A stretch of 64,000 bases of DNA from Geobacter sp. (GTDB lineage Bacteria; Desulfobacterota; Desulfuromonadia; Geobacterales; DSM-12255): NCBI GenBank assembly GCA_009684525.1, contig WKKR01000008.1, forward strand, positions 23,386-87,385, written 5' to 3'. Below, one piece after another: positions 10,633 through 17,807 of the stretch (the first letter of the stretch is position 1; every line of letters starts with the position of its first letter). The translations under genes were made by a program, and so were the position numbers. The notes under the pieces were generated by a model that was not told the origin of the DNA, did not search any database, and saw only the letters and a program-made list of their open reading frames with translations.

Positions 10633-12588
10633 TCAGCTCGCTTCTGTCAAGGCTGCAAGCTCTTCCCACTCGGCATAAAGTGCCGCCAGCCGGGCCTCGA
10701 TGGCAGCATGCTCGCTGCCCGCCTGCTGCAGGGCCGCATAGTCGGCGGCCATCTCCGGGGCTGCCAGCCGGGCCTCCACGTCCTGCAGCGCCTTTTCCTC
10801 CTGGCCGATGGCGGCCTCCAGCTCGCCGATCCGTTTGGTCCGCGCCCGCTCTAACTTCTGGCGCTGCTTCTCCTCCTCCCGCTGACGGAGGCGATCCTCC
10901 TTGGAGAGCTCGTAGCTCGGCAGCGCGGCCTCGGCTGCGCCCGCCGTTGCAACGGGACCGCTTGCCCGCACCTCGGCAGAGGTCTGCTGGCCGGACTTCT
11001 TCGCCAGGAAGTATTCGTAATCGCCCGGATAGGAAGTGAGTCCGCCCCCTTCCACCTCCACCACCCTGGTGGCAAGCCCGTCGATGAAGTAACGGTCGTG
11101 GGAAACGAAGACCAGCGTGCCCGGAAAGGAGCGGAGCGCCTCCAGCAGCACCTCCTTGCTGAACAGGTCCAGGTGGTTGGTCGGCTCGTCCATCAGGAGC
11201 AGGTTGGCCGGCTTGAGCAGCATCCGCGCCAGGGCCAGCCGGTTCTTCTCCCCGCCGGAGAGGACGCCGACCTTCTTATTGATGTCGTCGCCGGAAAAGA
11301 GGAAGGCGCCCAGAATATCCCGCAGCTGTGGCACCATGTCGTACGGGGCGGCAGAGAGCAACTCCTCGTAGGCGCTTTTGGTCTGGTCCATGACCTGGGC
11401 CTGGTCCTGGGCGAAATAGTCGAGCGACACGTTGTGGCCGATCCGCCGCTCCCCTGCCTGGTGCGGTTCGCCGTTCAGGATCCGCATGAGCGTCGACTTG
11501 CCGGCGCCGTTATGCCCCACCAGGGCGATCCGCTCGCCGCTCTCGATGGTCAGGTCGACGTGGTCCAGCACGGTCTTCTCGCCGTAGCGCTTGACGATGC
11601 CGGCAAGCTCCATCACGATCCGGCCGCTCTTGGGCGGGGCCGGGAAACGGAAGCGGATACGTTTACGTTCCGGCGGCAGCACGATCCGCTCCACCTTCTC
11701 CAGCTGCTTGATTCGCGACTGCACCAGCGACGCCTTGTTGGCGTTGTAGCGGAAGCGGCGGATGAAATCCTCCATCGCCTCCACCTCCTCGTCCTGGCGC
11801 CGCTTTGCCTCGCGCAGCGCCGTCACCCGCTCCTCCCGCTGCACGAGATAATTGCTGTAGGAGCAGTGGTAATCGGTGAGGGTATGGTTCCAGACCTCGG
11901 TGATCCGGTGGCAGACCTGGTCGAGGAAGAAGCGGTCGTGGGAGACCAGGATCACCGAATAGGGGTAGCTGCAGAGGTACTCCTCCAGCCAGTTGCGCGC
12001 CTCGATGTCCAGGTGGTTGGTCGGTTCGTCCAGAAGGAGGATGTTGGGCTTCTGCAAGAGCAGCCGGGCCAGGGCGATCCGCATCTGCCAGCCGCCGGAG
12101 AAGTCCCCGCAATCCCGCTCCCAGTCCTGCCGGGAAAAGCCGAGGCCGCGCAGCACCGTCCCCACCTCCGCCTCCATGGCGTAGCCGCCGCGGATGCGGA
12201 ACTCCTCCTGGCGCTGGCCGTAGCGTTCCAGGATCGCCGCGTGCTCTGGGGCGTCGTGCGGCACGGTTGCCAGCCGCCCCTCCAGCTCTTTCAGCTCGGT
12301 CTCTATCTGCCGCAGGTCGGCCAGCGCCGACAGTGCCTCGTCGAACAGGCTTTTGCCCTGTGAGACGATCCCTTCCTGCGGCAGGTAGCCTACCGTCGCA
12401 CCCTTGGCAAGGCGGAGCTCGCCGGACGACGCCTCCACCTGGCCGGCGATGATCCGCATCAGGGTCGACTTGCCGGCGCCGTTCTCCCCCACCAGGCCGA
12501 CCCGCTCCCCCTTGGGCAGATGCCAGCAGATGGCGGTGAAAAGCGGTTTGGCGGCGAATTCCTTGGTCAGGTTGTCGAGCTGCAGCAT
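10633..12588 (-). CDS. ABC-F family ATPase
   Basis: Two ABC cassettes (GENGAGKS/GHNGAGKS, FSGGW/LSGGE, LLDEPTNHLD twice), no TM segments, C-terminal coiled coil. Confidence 0.93.
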   Translation of the reverse strand: MLQLDNLTKEFAAKPLFTAICWHLPKGERVGLVGENGAGKSTLMRIIAGQVEASSGELRLAKGATVGYLPQEGIVSQGKSLFDEALSALADLRQIETELKELEGRLATVPHDAPEHAAILERYGQRQEEFRIRGGYAMEAEVGTVLRGLGFSRQDWERDCGDFSGGWQMRIALARLLLQKPNILLLDEPTNHLDIEARNWLEEYLCSYPYSVILVSHDRFFLDQVCHRITEVWNHTLTDYHCSYSNYLVQREERVTALREAKRRQDEEVEAMEDFIRRFRYNANKASLVQSRIKQLEKVERIVLPPERKRIRFRFPAPPKSGRIVMELAGIVKRYGEKTVLDHVDLTIESGERIALVGHNGAGKSTLMRILNGEPHQAGERRIGHNVSLDYFAQDQAQVMDQTKSAYEELLSAAPYDMVPQLRDILGAFLFSGDDINKKVGVLSGGEKNRLALARMLLKPANLLLMDEPTNHLDLFSKEVLLEALRSFPGTLVFVSHDRYFIDGLATRVVEVEGGGLTSYPGDYEYFLAKKSGQQTSAEVRASGPVATAGAAEAALPSYELSKEDRLRQREEEKQRQKLERARTKRIGELEAAIGQEEKALQDVEARLAAPEMAADYAALQQAGSEHAAIEARLAALYAEWEELAALTEAS

Positions 12589-12694
12589 GCAATACCTCGT
12601 TGGGGATCGATAACCGCTCTATTTAGCGGCAATCAGCGTCGGATGTCAATGTTGCAGCCGCTGGACCGGCTGCTGCGGGCCGCTCAGCAGGGTA

Positions 12695-12791
12695 AGTGTA
12701 AAATTTCTTTACACTAAAAATGTTATAACCAGTTGATATGCAACTTGATTTTGCCGGGTGTCTGCGGTACACCCTTGGTAGTGCCCAATGG
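12695..12791 (+). promoter_or_regulatory. Conserved module, copy C; candidate cassette-array promoter
   Basis: AGTGTAAA-ATTTC-TTTACACT 12695-12715; IHF consensus (minus) 12726-12738; -35 TTGATT 12745-12750, 17 bp, -10 TACACC 12768-12773. Confidence 0.8.
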
Positions 12792-12800
12792 AGGATGTGC

Positions 12801-13154
12801 ATGTTGAAGGATATGAAGGCGTATGCCCATTTAAAGCCGGGTCAGGACGGGACCAAGCGGCTGGTGGAGCAATACGGCGATGCCTTGCTCTGCGTCCGTT
12901 ACCGCTTTGATGAAGTGCGCGGCGTGAAGCTGAAGACGGTTGAGATCATCGTCGACGAAAAGCCGCTGCAGTCCCCGCGCTTCAAGCATGATGACCTGGT
13001 GCCGGTTCGCGTTGCTTATGACGAGGTGGAGCTGCGGCAGCAGTTGCGCGCCATGCGGGGGCGATGGGATGCGGAAAGGAAGTTGTGGTACGTCCGATAT
13101 GGATTGATCCGCGGTACTCCGCTGGAAGAGCGGCTTGCGGAGCTGTACGAATAG
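12801..13154 (+). CDS. Hypothetical 117-aa protein (KPGQxGTKRL..QYG..L.CVRYR motif; C-terminal RWDAERKLWYV resembling DUF5710)
   Basis: GGAGG RBS at 12790; host-like GC; domain resemblance is from recall only. Confidence 0.8.
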   Translation: MLKDMKAYAHLKPGQDGTKRLVEQYGDALLCVRYRFDEVRGVKLKTVEIIVDEKPLQSPRFKHDDLVPVRVAYDEVELRQQLRAMRGRWDAERKLWYVRYGLIRGTPLEERLAELYE

Positions 13155-13161
13155 CTGCGAG

Positions 13162-13240
13162 ATTACCGATATAAGTAACTTAGAAGATTACTTATATCGA
13201 TAATAAATTACCTATATTGGTAATAAATTACTTATATCGT
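13162..13240. repeat. Array of ~20-bp AT-rich repeats (three direct, one inverted) upstream of the attI-like core
   Basis: ATTACTTATATCGATAATAA 13187, ATTACCTATATTGGTAATAA 13207, ATTACTTATATCG 13227; inverted copy ATTACCGATATAAGTAA 13162. Confidence 0.85.
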
Positions 13241-13247
13241 GAAACTT

Positions 13248-13265
13248 GCTAATAACTAGTTGTCC
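13248..13265 (+). other. attI-like recombination core (GCTAATAACTA/GTTGTCC)
   Basis: TAAC...GTT simple-site layout; GTTGTCCG is complementary (7/8) to the R'' CGGCCAAC of the first attC. Confidence 0.65.
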
Positions 13266-13273
13266 GAGGAAAT

Positions 13274-13834
13274 ATGAATAGAGAAGATTTTCAGGATCGG
13301 TTTTCGAGTGCGACAGATTCGGCTGTCTCTTTTGCGCGGAGCTATGTCTTAAACGAGTTGCCAAACCAAAGAGTATTCCTGATTTTTCCAAATCAGTCCT
13401 TCGATGGCAATCCCCTTGAAGCTGACGAGGAAACCTATCCGAGTGACACTCAAATCGATGACAAACCAATTGTTTTTGCGACGGCTGAGGCCGTCGTTGA
13501 TTATCTCTGGAGAGACTTCAAGGTTCCAGAGTGGATCGACGTAAGTGTTGGAGGAGCAGACGGTGAGCGCACGTATATTCACCTTCTATGCTGTGGCCGA
13601 TTTACTGCAACTAGCGAGTTACTGTACCACCGCGATGGAGGCGTTTCCCCATTTTCTGTCAAGAGCCCAATCCTTCCACCAGGCTACGATGACGCTGCAG
13701 AAGCTGATACTCAGAAATTCGATGTAAATTGGCGAGAAAAGGCAAAGAAGGAATTTCAAGAAAATCAAAAAAACGAGGGCGGATTGCTTCATCGTCTACT
13801 GCACTCGACGCAATCATTATTCCGAAGCCAGTGA
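13274..13834 (+). CDS. Cassette 1 hypothetical protein (VPEWIDVSV...LLCCGRF motif)
   Basis: 186-aa ORF with GAGG RBS immediately after the GTT core; low GC. Confidence 0.8.
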   Translation: MNREDFQDRFSSATDSAVSFARSYVLNELPNQRVFLIFPNQSFDGNPLEADEETYPSDTQIDDKPIVFATAEAVVDYLWRDFKVPEWIDVSVGGADGERTYIHLLCCGRFTATSELLYHRDGGVSPFSVKSPILPPGYDDAAEADTQKFDVNWREKAKKEFQENQKNEGGLLHRLLHSTQSLFRSQ

Positions 13835-13846
13835 ATGAGAAGAAAA

Positions 13847-13901
13847 CGGCCAACCATCGGCAAGACCCGCCGAGGGCGGGTCAGCCTCACCACCGTTATG
13901 C
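13847..13901 (+). other. attC site 1
   Basis: CGGCCAAC ... GGC-AA-GACCCGCC-GAG-GGCGGGTC-A-GCC hairpin ... GTTATGC. Confidence 0.75.
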
Positions 13902-13926
13902 AGCAAGAAAATTAAGGGATAATCTA

Positions 13927-14367
13927 ATGACTGAACTCGACGAAAAATATGAATGCCTCAGAAAAACTTACGCAGACGGCAATCTGGATAAATTGTCTAT
14001 AGAACAGTTGAAAGATTATCACTCAATGGTAATGACACACGGAAACCGAAACCAACTAAACCAAGACACCTATAATCATTTAATCAATGAAATTAGCAAC
14101 ATAAAAAGACATAAGGAAACCCAAGAGAAACTTAAAGAACTTAAAAAGCCGCATTGGACAGTAAACCCTACTTTTTGGGTCAGTCTTATTGCAATGACAG
14201 CCGCCTGTATTGCAGCGTTTTTCACTGTTTTCCCTCGATCTTCTCAACCCGCAAACGGAGGTCAGAAATTTCTTGGGACAAAACAGACCGTTCAAAGTGT
14301 TGCCGCCGATTTACAACAGCAGTTATCAAGTTCACAACAAGTATCAAACAAAGAAAAGCAAAAGTAG
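13927..14367 (+). CDS. Cassette 2 ORF a: hypothetical protein with one TM helix and a Q/S-rich tail
   Basis: ATG at 13927 after AAGGGA; KPHWTVNPTFWVSLIAMTAACIAAFF TM segment; very AT-rich. Confidence 0.65.
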   Translation: MTELDEKYECLRKTYADGNLDKLSIEQLKDYHSMVMTHGNRNQLNQDTYNHLINEISNIKRHKETQEKLKELKKPHWTVNPTFWVSLIAMTAACIAAFFTVFPRSSQPANGGQKFLGTKQTVQSVAADLQQQLSSSQQVSNKEKQK

Positions 14368-14404
14368 CAATAGCATAGTGTCTGTCTGAAGATGAAAATT
14401 TCAT
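14222..14404 (-). CDS. Possible antisense 60-aa TM/coiled-coil peptide
   Basis: AGGAGG 4 nt before ATG; YAIATFAFLCLILVVNLITAVV hydrophobic stretch; overlaps the 3' tail of 13927-14367. Confidence 0.35.
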   Translation of the reverse strand: MKFSSSDRHYAIATFAFLCLILVVNLITAVVNRRQHFERSVLSQEISDLRLRVEKIEGKQ

Positions 14405-14454
14405 AAAACCTCCTACATGTCCTAACAAAATTCGATCCTAGAAACGAGGTAAAC

Positions 14455-14871
14455 ATGAAAAACCATCAGCTATTAATTGCCATTTCGTCATTTCTTGTGC
14501 TGACTATTGCGACACCTCTTCTAGCGGCTGACGGATGGTATTTGCTTGTCCCACCGAGAAGTAAGTACGATAAAAATGCCGAATACTTGAGCGGATACAA
14601 AATATTAGACAGTAAACCGTTATCTCAGTGGCATCAGCAGGGCGCGTATGACTCTGCTTCTGAATGCGAAGATGTGAAACATAATCTGACCATGATTGAG
14701 CAAAATACTTATTCCAAGACATCTGAAAATTATATTGACGCAGTTCGTTCCGAGAAATCGAAAGCTGTGTTGGAGTTCCAACGCGCCAGTGTAGAGGCAT
14801 TAAACGCCAATGTTTTTGCTTTTATGGCAAGTCGTTGCATTAAAAGTAGCGACCCAAGATTAAAACAGTAG
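14455..14871 (+). CDS. Cassette 2 ORF b: secreted hypothetical protein
   Basis: GAGG RBS; signal peptide ending LLA-AD; two Cys. Confidence 0.75.
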   Translation: MKNHQLLIAISSFLVLTIATPLLAADGWYLLVPPRSKYDKNAEYLSGYKILDSKPLSQWHQQGAYDSASECEDVKHNLTMIEQNTYSKTSENYIDAVRSEKSKAVLEFQRASVEALNANVFAFMASRCIKSSDPRLKQ

Positions 14872-14880
14872 ACCGGGATG

Positions 14881-14953
14881 CCATCCAGAAAGATGCACTC
14901 AGTCGGACGCGGAAGAAGCCCCGCGCCGCTGGTGATTTCCCGGCCCGTTGTGT
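14881..14953 (+). other. attC site 2 (degenerate R'' box)
   Basis: AT-G-CAC-T-CAG-T-CGG-A-CGCGG pairs with CCGCG-CCG-CTG-GTG-AT with unpaired bases; ends CCCGGCCCGTTGTG identical to attC 3; no AAC at R''. Confidence 0.7.
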
Positions 14954-14969
14954 GAATAAAAGGAAAACT

Positions 14970-15467
14970 ATGCCCAAAACTAAGCATGACGACATAGTCG
15001 ATTATTGGTCGGAGCACCAAGATGAATGCGGATTGAGCGTCGATTGGGCAGAAGCGCATGAGCGTTGTTGGAGATGCGGCTATAAAAGCAAGCTCGAACG
15101 TTGCCACATTATTCCAGATTCAATGGCTGGGCCTGATGAACCGTCAAATCTTGTGCTCCTTTGTCATCGCTGCCATAGAGAAGCACCAAACGTGAAGGAC
15201 CCAAGATTCATGTGGATTTGGATTCGTGCATACGGAACGTCATTTTACGATACGTTCTGGACTCTCCGCGGAATGGAAGAATTTGAAAAGATGTTCAAAC
15301 GCAAGCCATTTGCCGAATTTGAAGCAAGAAATATTTCACAGGAAGTAATCAGAGCGGCAATGTTTGAAGCAATGCAGTCAGCAACTATTCATTTTGGCGA
15401 GGGGAGGATGAATCCTTCCACAATTGCTTGCGTTCTTTATCAAGTTGAAGAAAAGCTCCTCAAATAA
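14970..15467 (+). CDS. Cassette 3: HNH endonuclease
   Basis: CWRCG...ERCHIIP...NLVLLCHRCH zinc-finger HNH motif; AAGGA RBS. Confidence 0.85.
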   Translation: MPKTKHDDIVDYWSEHQDECGLSVDWAEAHERCWRCGYKSKLERCHIIPDSMAGPDEPSNLVLLCHRCHREAPNVKDPRFMWIWIRAYGTSFYDTFWTLRGMEEFEKMFKRKPFAEFEARNISQEVIRAAMFEAMQSATIHFGEGRMNPSTIACVLYQVEEKLLK

Positions 15468-15468
15468 G

Positions 15469-15543
15469 CACACAACCAGGCCCTTGGACGCCGACCGGGG
15501 CTGAGAAGCGCCCCGGTGCGGGTCATGGCCCGGCCCGTTGTGC
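15469..15543 (+). other. attC site 3
   Basis: R'' CACACAAC is the exact reverse complement of the cassette start GTTGTGTG (14947-14954); inner stem ACCGGGGC/GCCCCGGT; ends GTTGTGC. Confidence 0.85.
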
Positions 15544-15557
15544 TTAGAAAGTGAAAT

Positions 15558-16028
15558 ATGACTCCAATTCAAGAGGCAATTACCGGCAAAGAAGACCTGG
15601 GGCAGTTGAATTCTCCATTCCTTGCACTGGCCCAGTTTTATCGCGCCTTCAATGCACGCGATATGGATATGATGTCCGAGAATTGGGCTCAGTCGGACGA
15701 CATCTCCATGGATAACCCGCTTGGCGGCATCAAACGCGGCTGGGATGAGATACGAGCCGTCTATGAACGTATTTTTCATGGAGCTGCAGAAGTCTCTGTG
15801 GAGTATTATGATTACACCATCCACGAGACAGCTGAGATGTTTTATGCCGTGGGAAGGGAGCGGGGGTATTTTCGCCTGGGCGGCACTGAGATTAAACTCG
15901 CCATTCGTACCAGCCGTATTTTCAGAAAAGCGGAAGGTCGCTGGCGGCAGGTACACCATCATGGCTCAATCGAAGACCCGCATCTGTTGGCACACTATCA
16001 ATCCGCCGTAATGGGCAGTACATCGTAA
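15558..16028 (+). CDS. Cassette 4: SnoaL-like / NTF2-fold protein
   Basis: FYRAFNARDMDMM..NW, NPLGGIKRGWDEI, IRTSRIF....G.WRQVHHHGS. Confidence 0.85.
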   Translation: MTPIQEAITGKEDLGQLNSPFLALAQFYRAFNARDMDMMSENWAQSDDISMDNPLGGIKRGWDEIRAVYERIFHGAAEVSVEYYDYTIHETAEMFYAVGRERGYFRLGGTEIKLAIRTSRIFRKAEGRWRQVHHHGSIEDPHLLAHYQSAVMGSTS

Positions 16029-16106
16029 CTCGCCTTACCATCGGGTGGCGCGGAAATTCCATACTACCTCAAGTCAAAAGCCCCAGACTGAAAGCGAACT
16101 ATCCGG

Positions 16107-17036
16107 ATGAACATAACCAACCTCCTGATCCATCTGCACCACAACGTCGATGCCTTTTCCTTCAAGCAGCGCCACCTGGACCAGCTCCGCGTAGCGCTCC
16201 CCGATACCCGGATCACCGTGGCCAGCGACAATCGCGATTTCATGGCCCGCCTTCCCGATGCCGATGCCGTCATCGCCTGGCTATTCAAGGCGGAATGGTA
16301 CGACGAGGCCCGGAAACTGAAGGTGGTGTTCACCCCTGCTGCCGGTCGCGACTGGGTTGACGGAGACCCCTCCGGCAGGGTGGCGACGCGCCACGGCAGC
16401 TTCCACGGCCGCATCATGCGTGAAAGCCTCCTGTCGATGATGCTCTACTTCAACCGCCGCGTCGGCATGTCGCTTGACGACCAGCGGAACAGGCACTGGG
16501 GCCGGCTGGACTACAGCTCGTGCGTGGCGCTCTTCAGCCAGCAGGTGCTCCTGGTCGGCTACGGTTCGCTGGGCCGGTCGATGGCGGAGCTGCTGCGGGC
16601 GTTCGGGGCCGGGGTGACGGGGGTCAGGCGCAGCATGATCGGGTCCGGCGCCGATCCCGTCGTCGAGCGGGTCGTCCCGTTCGACCGGCTGGAGGAGGAG
16701 CTGCCCCATGCCGATCACGTCGTGCTGCTCCTGCCGGGCGATGCGACGACCGACGGGATCTTCACGGCGCGGCATTTCAGCGCCATGAAGCCGGGGGCCT
16801 GCCTCTACAACCTGGGCCGGGGAAACTGCTACCGGGAGGAGGACCTGCTGCATGCCCTGCAACAGGGACCATTGGCCGGCGCAGGCCTGGATGTGTTCGC
16901 CGAAGAGCCGCTGCCGCCCGAATCGCCGCTCTGGAGCCAGCCGAACGTGCTGATCACACCGCACTCCAGTGCCATCAGCCGCGAATATGTCGATCTCTCC
17001 ATCGAGGAGATGATCGCTGCCCTGCGGGAGATGTGA
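16107..17036 (+). CDS. D-2-hydroxyacid dehydrogenase (NAD(P)-dependent)
   Basis: GYGSLG Rossmann motif, NLGRG, GLDVFAEEPLP, ITPHSS. Confidence 0.9.
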   Translation: MNITNLLIHLHHNVDAFSFKQRHLDQLRVALPDTRITVASDNRDFMARLPDADAVIAWLFKAEWYDEARKLKVVFTPAAGRDWVDGDPSGRVATRHGSFHGRIMRESLLSMMLYFNRRVGMSLDDQRNRHWGRLDYSSCVALFSQQVLLVGYGSLGRSMAELLRAFGAGVTGVRRSMIGSGADPVVERVVPFDRLEEELPHADHVVLLLPGDATTDGIFTARHFSAMKPGACLYNLGRGNCYREEDLLHALQQGPLAGAGLDVFAEEPLPPESPLWSQPNVLITPHSSAISREYVDLSIEEMIAALREM

Positions 17037-17085
17037 TATTACGGGAATTGATGGCGATAACGCTACGCTGAAGCAGGAGGCAACC

Positions 17086-17553
17086 ATGTCCTACTGGCTG
17101 TTCAAGTCCGAACCGGGCTGCTTTTCGTTCGACGACCTGAAGAATCGCCCCGATATGACCGAGCATTGGGACGGGGTGCGCAACTACCAGGCGCGTAATT
17201 TCCTGCGCGACCGGGTGCAGCCGGGGGACCTGGTGCTGTTCTACCACAGCAATATCCCCGAGCCGGCCGTGGTGGGTCTGGCGGAGGTGGTGCGAGGAGG
17301 CTACCCCGATTTCACCGCCTTTGATCCGGCCAGCGAGCACTTCGACCCGAAGTCGTCCCCTGCCGCCCCGGTCTGGTTCATGGTCGACGTCCGGTACGTG
17401 GCGCCGCTGAAACAGCAGGTCACCCTGGAACGGATCAGGTCCAACCCGCTCCTGGCCGACATGCCGCTCGTCAGACGGAGCCGTCTCTCCATCCAGCTGG
17501 TGACGGAAGAGGAGTGGCGCATGATTCTCAGCATGGGCGGGATGGAAAGCTGA
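17086..17553 (+). CDS. EVE domain protein
   Basis: YWLFKSEP, WDGVRNYQARNFLRD, FYHSN, YFDPKS-like HFDPKS, RLSIQ. Confidence 0.93.
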   Translation: MSYWLFKSEPGCFSFDDLKNRPDMTEHWDGVRNYQARNFLRDRVQPGDLVLFYHSNIPEPAVVGLAEVVRGGYPDFTAFDPASEHFDPKSSPAAPVWFMVDVRYVAPLKQQVTLERIRSNPLLADMPLVRRSRLSIQLVTEEEWRMILSMGGMES

Positions 17554-17807
17554 CCGGCTGGCCAAGGTGACAAATGTCCGTAATGCAGCGGTTGCCGGGG
17601 GCTAACGCGCCGGAATCGCCCTGCCTGATCCCATTCTCCTGCAGTGCCCGTCAATTCCGCCGCTGTTTTTCATGGATTCACGCCGATTCTCTGGTATAGT
17701 TGCTGGTGTTTTCCGTTCATGAGCGCCGTGCGGCGCCTGATATAGAAAGAACCGGTCGAGGGTCGCGGCTCTCCCGGTACCACAGAGAGATTGAAGAGGG
17801 AGATTGA

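Larger units (their letters stand above)
12695..16028 (+). mobile_element. Integron-like cassette array without integrase (attI-like site plus attC sites; CALIN-like)
   Basis: AT-rich co-oriented ORFs separated by attC-like hairpins ending in GTT cores; R'' boxes match their own cassette starts; no intI in the window. Confidence 0.8.

Noticed and set aside
12695-12791. Sigma54 promoter or Geobacter LexA box within the triplicated module
   Set aside because: No GG-N10-GC conserved in all copies, and no match to GGTT-N2-C-N4-G-N3-ACC.
13162-13240. CRISPR array
   Set aside because: Units are contiguous 20-mers with no unique spacers and no cas genes nearby.
13729-13926. N-terminal extension of the 212-aa ORF 13729-14367
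   Set aside because: It overlaps cassette 1 and reads through attC 1; the ATG at 13927 with an RBS fits the cassette boundary.
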